Shown here: positions 1 to 7,452 of the stretch, piece after piece
Layout: every line of letters begins with the position of its first letter
How positions within the stretch are numbered: the stretch's first letter is position 1
Virus record (IMG/VR): IMGVR_UViG_3300045988_121423
Span: 1-36,879 of that record
Source of the DNA: a virus
Length of the DNA stretch: 36,879 nt
Direction: 5' to 3' (one strand)
Position numbers and translations under genes: made by a program
Notes under the pieces: generated by a model
What the model saw: the letters and a program-made list of their open reading frames with translations, nothing else
Databases searched by the model: none
Told to the model about the DNA's origin: nothing

Positions 1-259
1 CCTCCATCAGCGCGTTGCTGCGCTCCATTTGCGCGGCGATGCGGCCCTCCATCTGCGAGCGCTCGCGGTCGCGCTGCAGGCGCTCGGCAACCTCGGCCTG
101 CTTGCGCTCCTCGCGCTTCACGTCCAGGCCGGCCTTGCGCTCGTTCTGCTTCCTGAACTCCTCCAGAAACTGTCGGCCGAAGTAGAACAAGATGAGCGCC
201 AGGAGCACGCCGCCGAGCCACCACGGGCCGTACGGCGCGAACAGCTCCAGAATTTCCAC
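1..259 (-). CDS. N-terminal part (start codon and transmembrane helix) of a membrane-anchored coiled-coil protein, a putative lysis accessory protein. The gene spans the circular junction and continues at 36670..36824.
   Basis: GTG start at about 259 lies 6 nt after an AAGGAG RBS. Translation is VEILELFAPYGPWWLGGVLLALILFYFGRQFLEEFRKQNERKAGLDVKREERKQAEVAERLQRDRERSQ, continuing in-frame into MEGRIAAQ... at the window end. One hydrophobic TM segment is followed by a charged coiled-coil region. It sits between the XkdX-like gene and the holin. Confidence 0.55.
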   Translation of the reverse strand, partial: MEILELFAPYGPWWLGGVLLALILFYFGRQFLEEFRKQNERKAGLDVKREERKQAEVAERLQRDRERSQMEGRIAAQMERSNALME

Positions 260-261
260 GC

Positions 262-411
262 CTACTCCTTCTTGGACGCCTTGATGGCCTCCATCTCCTT
301 CTTGGTGATCTTGCCCGCCTGCAGCAGCTGCTCCAGGCTCTCGTCATTGTAGAAGCCCGCCAGGTACCATTTCTGGATGCGTTGGGCGTATCGGCTCAGC
401 TTCACGGCCAC
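262..411 (-). CDS. XkdX-like small phage protein (49 aa)
   Basis: Translation VAVKLSRYAQRIQKWYLAGFYNDESLEQLLQAGKITKKEMEAIKASKKE matches the XkdX-family pattern WY..G.....L..L..G.IT..E...I. A GGAGGTGGAG RBS precedes it. It lies in the canonical position between the tail fibre genes and the lysis cassette, as in PBSX. It is below the 60-aa cut-off of the ORF track. Confidence 0.55.
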   Translation of the reverse strand: MAVKLSRYAQRIQKWYLAGFYNDESLEQLLQAGKITKKEMEAIKASKKE

Positions 412-597
412 CTACTCCACCTCCCCCGGCATGCTGTCGTCTTCGTCATCGCCTGGCAGCTCAACGTCTGCGCATGCCGCGACGAGCTCCATCAGCGCCT
501 CTTGGCGCTCCGCCTTGCTCTCCAGGTTCTCCTGGCGGCGGGAGGCGGCGAGGTCGTCGGGCGCCTTCTTGATGTCTAGCATCGGTGCTCCTTCCAT
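412..597 (-). CDS. Hypothetical small acidic protein (61 aa)
   Basis: The ORF has very high GC3. Translation ends ...VELPGDDEDDSMPGEVE. It overlaps the RT 3' end by 22 nt, consistent with translational coupling. Confidence 0.5.
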   Translation of the reverse strand: MEGAPMLDIKKAPDDLAASRRQENLESKAERQEALMELVAACADVELPGDDEDDSMPGEVE

Positions 598-1580
598 AGT
601 TCCTTGTACCAGGCGTCACAGCGCCTGATGAGCCTGAAGCTGTCGCCCTTGCCCGCGTGGTTGCGCCATGCTCGGTAGCTCTCGTCCACTTCAGCGCGCA
701 TGATGCGCCCCTTGAGGCTCAGCCTCGCCATCTTCGCTATGCGCCGCCGCATCTCCTTGACGTTCGACGGCTTCACGAACATGAGGACCTTGCCCGTGTC
801 GGTCAGGTGGAAGTCAAAGCCCAGGAATGGCACGCCGTCCCGCAACGGGTACACGCGCGATTTCTTCGGGTTCAGCTCGAAACCCAGGTTATTCAGGGTG
901 TCGCCGAACGCTTCCAGGGCGCGCTCGGCCTCCTCGCGGGTGGCGAAGATGGCCACGGCGTCGTCCATGTACCTGACGTAGTTCCTGATGCCCATGCGGT
1001 CTTTCGCCATATGGTCGAGCGGGTCCAGCACGCTGATGCCGGCTATCTGTATCATCTGGCTGCCCGGGTTGTAGCCGACCTCGCCCGGGTACTGGTTCCG
1101 CATGACCGCCATGGCCATGGCCATGATCTCGGGCGGCAGCTTACGGGCGAACGCCGCCTCGGCCGTCTCGTGCCGCATGTTCGGGTAGTAGCCCGCCACG
1201 TCCATCTGGCATACCCAGCCGTTCGGCCCGTTCTTGCGGTAGTGGCGGCGCATGAACTCCTTCAAGCGCTCGCGGGCGTAGTCGGTGCCCTTGCCCTTCC
1301 GGCATGCCGCGTTGTCCGATATGAAGCCGCGCACCATGCGGGGGTAGATGCTGTTGTCGTTGAGGCTGCGCTGGAACACGCGGTCGGCGAAGCCCACGCT
1401 CACGATGGTGCGGCGCTTGGGCCTCGTCACGTAGAACTCCCGCGTGGGCCCGCACCTGAACGTGCCCGCCTGCAGCTTGCGGCTCATGGCCAGCGTGCGC
1501 TCTGACAGGTTCAGCATGTAGCTGGCGGCGCTGTCCTTCCATATGACGCCGCGCCGGCACTTCTTCGCGCTCTCCCTCAA
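576..1580 (-). CDS. Diversity-generating retroelement (DGR) reverse transcriptase
   Basis: The RT motifs are QMDVAGYYPNM (motif A), GYNPGSQMIQIAGISVLDPLDHM (motif B with the DGR-type SQ...PLDH signature) and RYMDDAVAIF (YMDD, motif C). The N-terminal block FRCGPTREFYVTRPKRRTIVSVGFADRVF...CRKGKGTDYARER parallels Bordetella phage BPP-1 bRT (YRPGAYTHFFIHEPKRRKI...RVGKGTHRALDR). It is about 334 aa with no maturase or endonuclease domain. The annotated TTG start is uncertain, and the N-terminus may extend upstream. Confidence 0.9.
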   Translation of the reverse strand: MRESAKKCRRGVIWKDSAASYMLNLSERTLAMSRKLQAGTFRCGPTREFYVTRPKRRTIVSVGFADRVFQRSLNDNSIYPRMVRGFISDNAACRKGKGTDYARERLKEFMRRHYRKNGPNGWVCQMDVAGYYPNMRHETAEAAFARKLPPEIMAMAMAVMRNQYPGEVGYNPGSQMIQIAGISVLDPLDHMAKDRMGIRNYVRYMDDAVAIFATREEAERALEAFGDTLNNLGFELNPKKSRVYPLRDGVPFLGFDFHLTDTGKVLMFVKPSNVKEMRRRIAKMARLSLKGRIMRAEVDESYRAWRNHAGKGDSFRLIRRCDAWYKELWKEHRC

Positions 1581-1762
1581 AGCAAAGAACCCGACGACGC
1601 CGTTCAGCTCGCCGGGTTCCAGTTCGGGTGTGGGTCCGGGGCGCGCGATAGCCGCCCGCGTTCCAGCCGCGTCGGCGTCGCCCCGGCGTTGTTCGGCCCT
1701 CTCGGGCTCGGGGTCGCGGCTCCCCGCGCCGGTTTCGCCCCGCCCCGGATTGGTATCGATGG
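1581..1762 (-). other. GC-rich 182-bp spacer between the RBP stop and the RT start. It is the expected location of the DGR template repeat (TR) and/or the IMH and hairpin, but this is not verified.
   Basis: This is the only sizeable non-coding gap next to the RT. It contains in-frame AAC codons (ccg aac aac gcc ... ccg aac tgg aac ccg) and small GC hairpins such as cgggg-agccgcga-ccccg. By eye I found no adenine-restricted alignment to the last 130 nt of the upstream RBP gene. Confidence 0.3.
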
Positions 1763-2980
1763 CTAGATGGCGCGGGCGGGAGCACAGCGCAGCGCGCCCT
1801 GCGCGTTGAGGTAGTGGACGGTGCCCGACGCGTTCACGAGGAACGTGTTGCCGCCGCCGTTGCGACTAGCGGAACGCGTCCAGACGCTCTGTGGACTGGT
1901 CTTGCCGTTGATGGCGTAGGTGATCAGCTGCGGCCACGTCTGCCACAGCGCCAGCGGCGTCGGGGACTGCGCGACGCGCGCCCAGTACTCCCACGCCTCG
2001 CCCTCCTTGCCCTTCATGCCGGACTCGCCGAGCGCCAGGAAGTGCTCCTCCATGCTCGGCAGGAACACGAGGTCGTAGGTGGTGTCCAGCACCGGCTCGC
2101 TGTCGGTGCCCTCCTCGCAGTAGGGCACGCCGGTGACGACCTTCACGCGGCGCATGACGGCCAGCTCGGCCTCGGGGATGCCGTCCAGGAAGCCGCGCTT
2201 GCCGACGTACTCCGGCGGGCGGTCCCACTTGTTCTGCGGCTTCCACCAGTTCGTGCCCTTGCCGTTGAGGTACTGGCGCAGCGCGGACTGGCTCCAGCGG
2301 TTGTAGCCGTAGGCGCAGCGGTAGATGCTGTTCATGTTGCCGTTCGGCTTGGTGCCGATGGTGCCCAGGCTCGTGCCCTGCGCACCCTCGCTCATGCCCA
2401 CCGTCTCGATGGGGTCGGCGTCGCTCACGGTCTTGTAGGACTTGACCTGCCACGTGCCCGGGTCGCGGTCCGGTGCGTACTCCATGCCGGCCAGCACGCC
2501 GCCCTTCGGCACGCCCTTGGCGAGCGTGAACTGGTAGGTCTTGCCCTTGACCACGTTGGTGCCCCACGAGGCGCCCATGATCAGGTTGTAGGTGCCCGCG
2601 GCCAGCGCGGCCTCGCAGTACCAGAAGGCCTCCTTCTGGTCGAACTGCGTGCCGAAGGGCAGGGTGTAGTGCCACTGCAGGATGGTGCCGGGCAGCTTCT
2701 CGCCGTCCTGCAGTTCCAGCTCGGCGGGGAAGTGGCACACGTCGTTGGCCACGTCGTAGGCGGTGCCGCCGTCCGGGTCGGTCCACTTGGAGGTGATCTG
2801 GTCTCCGATGCCGAGCACGTAGGGCGCCAGGCCGTCGCGGCTCATGCGCGCCAGGCCGTCCCAGTTCGTCTTCAGCGCCGCAACCTTGTCGTGCGCCATC
2901 GCCTGCAGCGCGCCCGCGATGGCGCGGCCCGTGTCGTCGGTGATGATGGGGTATTCCACGATGGTGTTCTCTGTTGCCAC
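1763..2980 (-). CDS. Tail fibre receptor-binding protein with a C-terminal FGE/C-type-lectin (CLec) fold. It is the probable DGR target protein.
   Basis: The C-terminal region ...FLPSMEEHFLALGESGMKGKEGEAWEYWARVA...VWTRSASRNGGGNTFLVNASGTVHYLNAQGALRCAPARAI* resembles the FGE-sulfatase/CLec motif RLPTEAEWEYAARGG...GFRC found in DGR variable proteins such as Mtd and TvpA. The last 35 codons are rich in NNC codons (AAC GGC GGC GGC AAC ... ACC GTC CAC TAC CTC AAC). The gene is immediately upstream of the RT. GTG start. Confidence 0.6.
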   Translation of the reverse strand: MATENTIVEYPIITDDTGRAIAGALQAMAHDKVAALKTNWDGLARMSRDGLAPYVLGIGDQITSKWTDPDGGTAYDVANDVCHFPAELELQDGEKLPGTILQWHYTLPFGTQFDQKEAFWYCEAALAAGTYNLIMGASWGTNVVKGKTYQFTLAKGVPKGGVLAGMEYAPDRDPGTWQVKSYKTVSDADPIETVGMSEGAQGTSLGTIGTKPNGNMNSIYRCAYGYNRWSQSALRQYLNGKGTNWWKPQNKWDRPPEYVGKRGFLDGIPEAELAVMRRVKVVTGVPYCEEGTDSEPVLDTTYDLVFLPSMEEHFLALGESGMKGKEGEAWEYWARVAQSPTPLALWQTWPQLITYAINGKTSPQSVWTRSASRNGGGNTFLVNASGTVHYLNAQGALRCAPARAI

Positions 2981-2981
2981 G

Positions 2982-3665
2982 TTACGCCTTCTTTCTCACG
3001 GCCACGCACAGCTGGCCCTTGTCGTTGACGGTGATGCCGTTGGTCAGGCCGAGCACGGCCTTCTCCCACTCGGCCATCTTCCGGCTGTAGTTGCTCGCGC
3101 GGTCGGCCTCTGCCACCACGCGCCGCGCCTCCTCCTCGACGCGCGCCTGCTCCTGCGCCGTGGCCTTCTCCGTGATGGCCGTGCAGGAGTTGATGGCGGC
3201 GGTCGCCTGGCGCGTGATCTCGTCGGCGTTGGCCGCCATCTCCTGGGACTGCTCGATGATGCGGTCCAGCATCGGCACGTACGCGCCGGTGACGGCGTCC
3301 GTCAGGTCCACGTTGTCCAGCACCTCGATGCGCAGGCTGTTGGTGGAGCCCGTGAAGTCCTGACCGACCACGCGGAAGTACGCCATGGTGATGGAGCCGC
3401 GCACGGCCGCAACTGCGTCGGGGAAGCGGTACGTGAACTGCCCCGATTGGTCCTTGACGGTCACCTCCTCCATAATGGGGCGGCCGCCTGCGTTCTCCGC
3501 CATGAACGACACGGTGCAGGCGGCCAGGTTCACGGGCTCGCCGCCGTCGAGCAGCTGGAACGTGCGCTCCAGGCTTCGCGAGTCGCCGCGCCTGGCGCGC
3601 AGGCAGACCACGGGCATGAACTGCGTGCTGGTCTTCTGCAGGTCCAGCACGATGATCTCCCTCAT
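2982..3665 (-). CDS. BppU-like baseplate upper protein, N-terminal region of the tail fibre
   Basis: The N-terminal 120 aa (MREIIVLDLQKTST...VSFMAEN...AYFRVVG) resemble the BppU_N domain of lactococcal P335-type phages, and the C-terminal half is a helical coiled-coil. It sits directly upstream of the receptor-binding protein gene. Confidence 0.5.
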   Translation of the reverse strand: MREIIVLDLQKTSTQFMPVVCLRARRGDSRSLERTFQLLDGGEPVNLAACTVSFMAENAGGRPIMEEVTVKDQSGQFTYRFPDAVAAVRGSITMAYFRVVGQDFTGSTNSLRIEVLDNVDLTDAVTGAYVPMLDRIIEQSQEMAANADEITRQATAAINSCTAITEKATAQEQARVEEEARRVVAEADRASNYSRKMAEWEKAVLGLTNGITVNDKGQLCVAVRKKA

Positions 3666-3678
3666 CTCTTCTCCTCTC

Positions 3679-3927
3679 TCATCCGATGGTTCCCAGCACG
3701 ATGCCGCCGCTCGGCAGCATCAGCACCAGCGCTATATCGCCGGCCTTCGCGGAGACGCCGGACAGCTTCGCGCACGGCGTCGGCTCGTCGGCCCCTCGCA
3801 GCAGCACGTTGACCGTGCCGCCGGACACGGAGCGCACGGGCGCCCTCGTGTGGTACTCGCGCGGTCCCGATTCCGGCCACAGGGCGCGCGCCAGCTCGTC
3901 CGCCAGCTCGCCGCTATTTGTCGACAT
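3679..3927 (-). CDS. Hypothetical small beta-rich tail or baseplate protein (82 aa)
   Basis: The ORF has high GC3 and lies within the tail-tip gene cluster, between the Tal-like and BppU-like genes. It overlaps the upstream gene by 14 nt. Confidence 0.5.
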   Translation of the reverse strand: MSTNSGELADELARALWPESGPREYHTRAPVRSVSGGTVNVLLRGADEPTPCAKLSGVSAKAGDIALVLMLPSGGIVLGTIG

Positions 3928-5029
3928 GCCATGCCACCTTCCCGCTCGTCTCGATCTTGAAGTCCGGGCGCAGCAGGCGGCGCATGGTGATGGTCGTCTC
4001 GCCGCCCGGGCCGAAGTCCACCTCCTTGGCGGTGATGCCGCCCGTGAACCTCTTGCCCGAGCGCTCGTAGTCGACCAGCCCGCACTCGCCGACCTGCGCC
4101 GGGACGAACAGCCCGGGCACCGTTACGTACTCGATGCGCGTGGAGTTGTCCGCCAGCTTCTTCTCCGCAAGCGCCTTGAGCGCCGCCAGCATCTTCTCGG
4201 GCGTGTCGCCGGACAGCTCGGTCACCTCGTCGTCCAGCTGGCGCTCGCGGCGGCGGACCATGGTGCTCGCCTCGCTGCGCGGGTCGTCGTTGCGCGCCTC
4301 GGCGAACAGGCCCACCGAGTCGTCCTCGTACCACAGGCGCACCACGTTTGGCGTGTCCGCCCTGTTGTCCTTGGCCTTGATGGCGGGGAACGAGAAGCCC
4401 GTGCCGTCATCCGGGAACGTCCAGGTCGCCTCGCGCTCGGTCGGCTCGACGTACGGCTGCATCTGCACGGTTCCCCACGCGTCGGTGGTGGCGCTGCCGA
4501 AGCCCGCCGCCGACAGCAGCCAGTTGGCGATGCCCAGCCAGCTCTCGTCGCGCTCGAACGTGTGGGGACTTGAGAGCTTGTACGCGGACGGCGCGGCGGT
4601 GACGGGAAGGCCGAGCGCCCGCAGATGCTCCGCCGCCGTCTCGACGGCCTTGGTGCCTGCGGGCAGCGTGAGCGGGCAGCCGGGGCCGCACGTGGCCACC
4701 GTGAGCATGCCCGCCAGGTCTGCGCTGCCGCTCACGAGCGCGCCCTCCAGGCTCGTCTCCCCGACTTCGAGGAAGCCCGTGGCCACCGGCCCCTCCCAAC
4801 GCTCGCCCCACTGGTTCGTGAAGCCGTAGTAAACGCGGATTGCGTCGGACTCGTCGGGCACCGCCGCGCCCTCGAAGTCGATGGAGCCGGTGACCTTCAG
4901 CTCCTTGAACATGCTCTCGGACGACTTGCCGCCGGTGATCTGCCAGTAGTCCTCGGCCTCCTCCATGCTCGGCCACTTCACGCGCCGGAACGTCCAGTGC
5001 TCCTTGTATCTGCTGCCGTCCCATCTCAC
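3914..5029 (-). CDS. Tail-associated protein; a Tal-like baseplate hub, gp27-like in size
   Basis: At 371 aa it matches the size of the N-terminal hub domain of siphovirus Tal proteins, for example lactococcal phage p2 ORF16. Its position follows the Dit-like gene. No lysin domain was recognised. The call is based on position and size. Confidence 0.4.
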   Translation of the reverse strand: MRWDGSRYKEHWTFRRVKWPSMEEAEDYWQITGGKSSESMFKELKVTGSIDFEGAAVPDESDAIRVYYGFTNQWGERWEGPVATGFLEVGETSLEGALVSGSADLAGMLTVATCGPGCPLTLPAGTKAVETAAEHLRALGLPVTAAPSAYKLSSPHTFERDESWLGIANWLLSAAGFGSATTDAWGTVQMQPYVEPTEREATWTFPDDGTGFSFPAIKAKDNRADTPNVVRLWYEDDSVGLFAEARNDDPRSEASTMVRRRERQLDDEVTELSGDTPEKMLAALKALAEKKLADNSTRIEYVTVPGLFVPAQVGECGLVDYERSGKRFTGGITAKEVDFGPGGETTITMRRLLRPDFKIETSGKVAWHVDK

Positions 5030-7446
5030 AGGGCATCACCGTCCGTCCTCGTCACGTTGAGGGACACGTCCCACGCCTGCTCCGCGTTGCCCAGCGACGG
5101 CGTGAACGACGCCTTGGCCACGCCGTGGAACACGAAGCCGTACAGCGTCTTGAACACCATCGGCTCGCAGCTGCGCACCGCCTCGTAGAACCGCATGGCC
5201 TCTTCCCTGCTCTTGAGCCTCACGGTCATGTCGTGCGGCTCCTCCACGTTCTCGCTCGACACGACGACCGGATAGCGCTTGCCGGCAATCTGGTACGTCG
5301 AGAAGCTGGGCTCCACGCTGAACTCGTCGCCCGGCGCGTACATGCCGCTGGCGATGCCGCCGGACCAGTACACGAACAGCAGCGGCGACCCGATGCGGCC
5401 GGGGTAGCTGGCCTCGCTCACGGCGCCGGAGTCGGCGAAGCTGGCCGTCTCGTAGCTGTAGTCCGTGTTCAGCGGCGCGTATCGGTCCACGACCATGGAG
5501 CCGTCGTGCAGGTCTTCCGCGAGCAGGGTGCGCACGCCGCCGACGTTGCGCCACAGGCTGCACGTCTTCATGGCCACGGCGGCGTCGGTTCGGCCCTCGC
5601 GCACCGTTACCGCGACATAGCCCGTGGACGGGTCCGGCACGGCGTCCGCGACTGCCGTCGATGGCAGCACGTACGACACCGACACCGCGCGCGAGGCGCT
5701 GGCCTGCAGCGTGGAGCTTGAGCGCACGGACGCCTCAAGCGTGTAGGCGGCCCCGTCGCGCGGCAGCCACTCGCCGCTGCGAACGTCGAACTCCAAGCCG
5801 TCCATGAGGTCTCGCGAGAACACGGCCGCGCCGTCCGCGTCGCGCACGGTCAGGGTGCCGGCCGCCAGCTCGCCGCTCGGGTCGCTGTATCGAATCAGCA
5901 CGTGCACGGGCGTGTTCTCGATGGCGAAGTCGTCGGCGGGCTGCTCGATGGTCACCGTCGGCACCTGCCGCACGTACGTCGATACGGCGACCGACCACGG
6001 GCCGAAGTCCGCATGGGCGCCCTTGGTGCGGGCCTGCACGGTCAGCTTGGCGTTGACCGCGAACGAGTTGTCCAAGGAGGCGGAGGACGCGCCGCCGTTC
6101 ACGTCCGCCACATGCCACGTCGCGCCGCCGTCCGTGCTCCATCGCCACTGGGCGGCCGTCTGCGCCGAGCCGTCGATGGGGTTGTGGCGCCACGCTACCG
6201 TTATGCTCGCCTGTGTCTTCGGGATGACCTGCGAGCTTGACGGCGACGTGATCGTGGGGGCCGCGGGCGCGCAGATGGTCACGATGCCGTCCGACTCGAC
6301 CCATGCGCTCGCGAGGTCTCCGCATACGTTGCGAACGCGGTAGTACCACGTGCCTCCGCCGGGGTCGTCCTCGAAGTCCGTCGCCTTGCCACGCGTGGTA
6401 CGGACCGCCGTCCACGTTTCCAAGTCCGGGCTTCGCTCTATCTCGGTGCCCGTCGCGGTGTTCGCCCCGTTCTCGAAGACTCCCTTCACCTTGGTGTCGG
6501 ACACGCGGGACATCTTCGGTTTGCCCGGAGCGCACGGGGTGTTGTAGACGGTGCCGGTCTCGACCCACGCTGAAGCGCCCGCGGCGTTGCGGCTTCTCAC
6601 GCGGTATCGCCACGAATGGTTCGCGCTCGTCGAGCGGTCCACCTTCGTGCTGCCCGCCGCTTCGATGGCGCCGAAGTCCGACCATGCGCCGGCGTCCATC
6701 TGGCGCTGCACGTCGTGCGCCAGGTACAGGCCGGCGCATGGGCTTCCTGGCACGATGGACAGCGTGTTCTGCGTGTCGGAATCGCGCGCCACGCTCGCGG
6801 ACTTCGGTGCGTTCGGCGTCGTTGCTACTGCGTTCGTGTACTGGTGCGCGGGGGCGTTCCCCGCGCTGTTGTGCGGCAGCACTCGGAACTTGTACAGTCG
6901 GTTCGGCTCAGCCTGGTACGTGTACGCCGTGACGTCTCCGCCGCAGTCCTCGGCCAACTCGTACTCGCCGTCGTCTATGGACACGTCGACGTACACGCCG
7001 TCGTATGGGCGCGCGTCGGTCGTGTTGCTGCGCCACGTCACGAGCACCGTTCCGTTGCTTCGGAGGACTGCTACCTGGCTCATGACGTTGTTGGGCTTCC
7101 ACGTCGGCACGTCCGGGCTGTACCATGCGTCCACGGAGCTGTTGTAGCGGGTGTTGGACCGGCCCAGGTACCACACGGACGCGCTCACGTGCGCGCTGCC
7201 GCCGTAGCCGACCCAGCCGTAGTCCTGCCACCCGCTGTCGCCGTACCATCCCGTGCCGTACAGCCGCAGGCGCCCGCCCCACGAGGTGTCCGCGATGGTG
7301 CCGCCGAAGTTGCCGCTGTCGACGTAGCAGCTCTGCTTGTACTGGACCCATGCGCGGCCCTCCTCCTGTGCGGAGGTTCGGAACTCGACGTAGGCGTACA
7401 TTTTCGCGTCGGGGCCGCTCGCATTTCCCCAAAATCCCTTGGCCAT
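5026..7446 (-). CDS. Large distal-tail or adhesion protein (806 aa) with three fibronectin-type-III repeats and a W/Y/G-rich N-terminal segment; Dit-like by position
   Basis: The FN3 repeats are evident, for example VLRSNGTVLVTWRSNTTDARPYDGVYVDVS...YKFRVLPHNSAGNAP, ...HSWRYRVRSRNAAGASAWVE... and ...GTWYYRVRNVCGDLASAWVE.... The N-terminal segment is SWGGRLRLYGTGWYGDSGWQDYGWVGYGGS. The gene sits immediately after the tape measure gene. Confidence 0.45.
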   Translation of the reverse strand: MAKGFWGNASGPDAKMYAYVEFRTSAQEEGRAWVQYKQSCYVDSGNFGGTIADTSWGGRLRLYGTGWYGDSGWQDYGWVGYGGSAHVSASVWYLGRSNTRYNSSVDAWYSPDVPTWKPNNVMSQVAVLRSNGTVLVTWRSNTTDARPYDGVYVDVSIDDGEYELAEDCGGDVTAYTYQAEPNRLYKFRVLPHNSAGNAPAHQYTNAVATTPNAPKSASVARDSDTQNTLSIVPGSPCAGLYLAHDVQRQMDAGAWSDFGAIEAAGSTKVDRSTSANHSWRYRVRSRNAAGASAWVETGTVYNTPCAPGKPKMSRVSDTKVKGVFENGANTATGTEIERSPDLETWTAVRTTRGKATDFEDDPGGGTWYYRVRNVCGDLASAWVESDGIVTICAPAAPTITSPSSSQVIPKTQASITVAWRHNPIDGSAQTAAQWRWSTDGGATWHVADVNGGASSASLDNSFAVNAKLTVQARTKGAHADFGPWSVAVSTYVRQVPTVTIEQPADDFAIENTPVHVLIRYSDPSGELAAGTLTVRDADGAAVFSRDLMDGLEFDVRSGEWLPRDGAAYTLEASVRSSSTLQASASRAVSVSYVLPSTAVADAVPDPSTGYVAVTVREGRTDAAVAMKTCSLWRNVGGVRTLLAEDLHDGSMVVDRYAPLNTDYSYETASFADSGAVSEASYPGRIGSPLLFVYWSGGIASGMYAPGDEFSVEPSFSTYQIAGKRYPVVVSSENVEEPHDMTVRLKSREEAMRFYEAVRSCEPMVFKTLYGFVFHGVAKASFTPSLGNAEQAWDVSLNVTRTDGDAL

Positions 7447-7452
7447 GCTCCT

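Noticed and set aside
29-352. Plus-strand 107-aa ORF at the window start
   Set aside because: It is antisense to the junction-spanning membrane coiled-coil gene and the XkdX-like gene. Its translation is low-complexity and lacks an RBS.
1581-1762. The spacer next to the RT as a verified TR templating the RBP C-terminus
   Set aside because: Hand alignment in all registers showed mismatches at non-adenine template positions. I therefore report the spacer only as the expected TR location, not as a confirmed TR.
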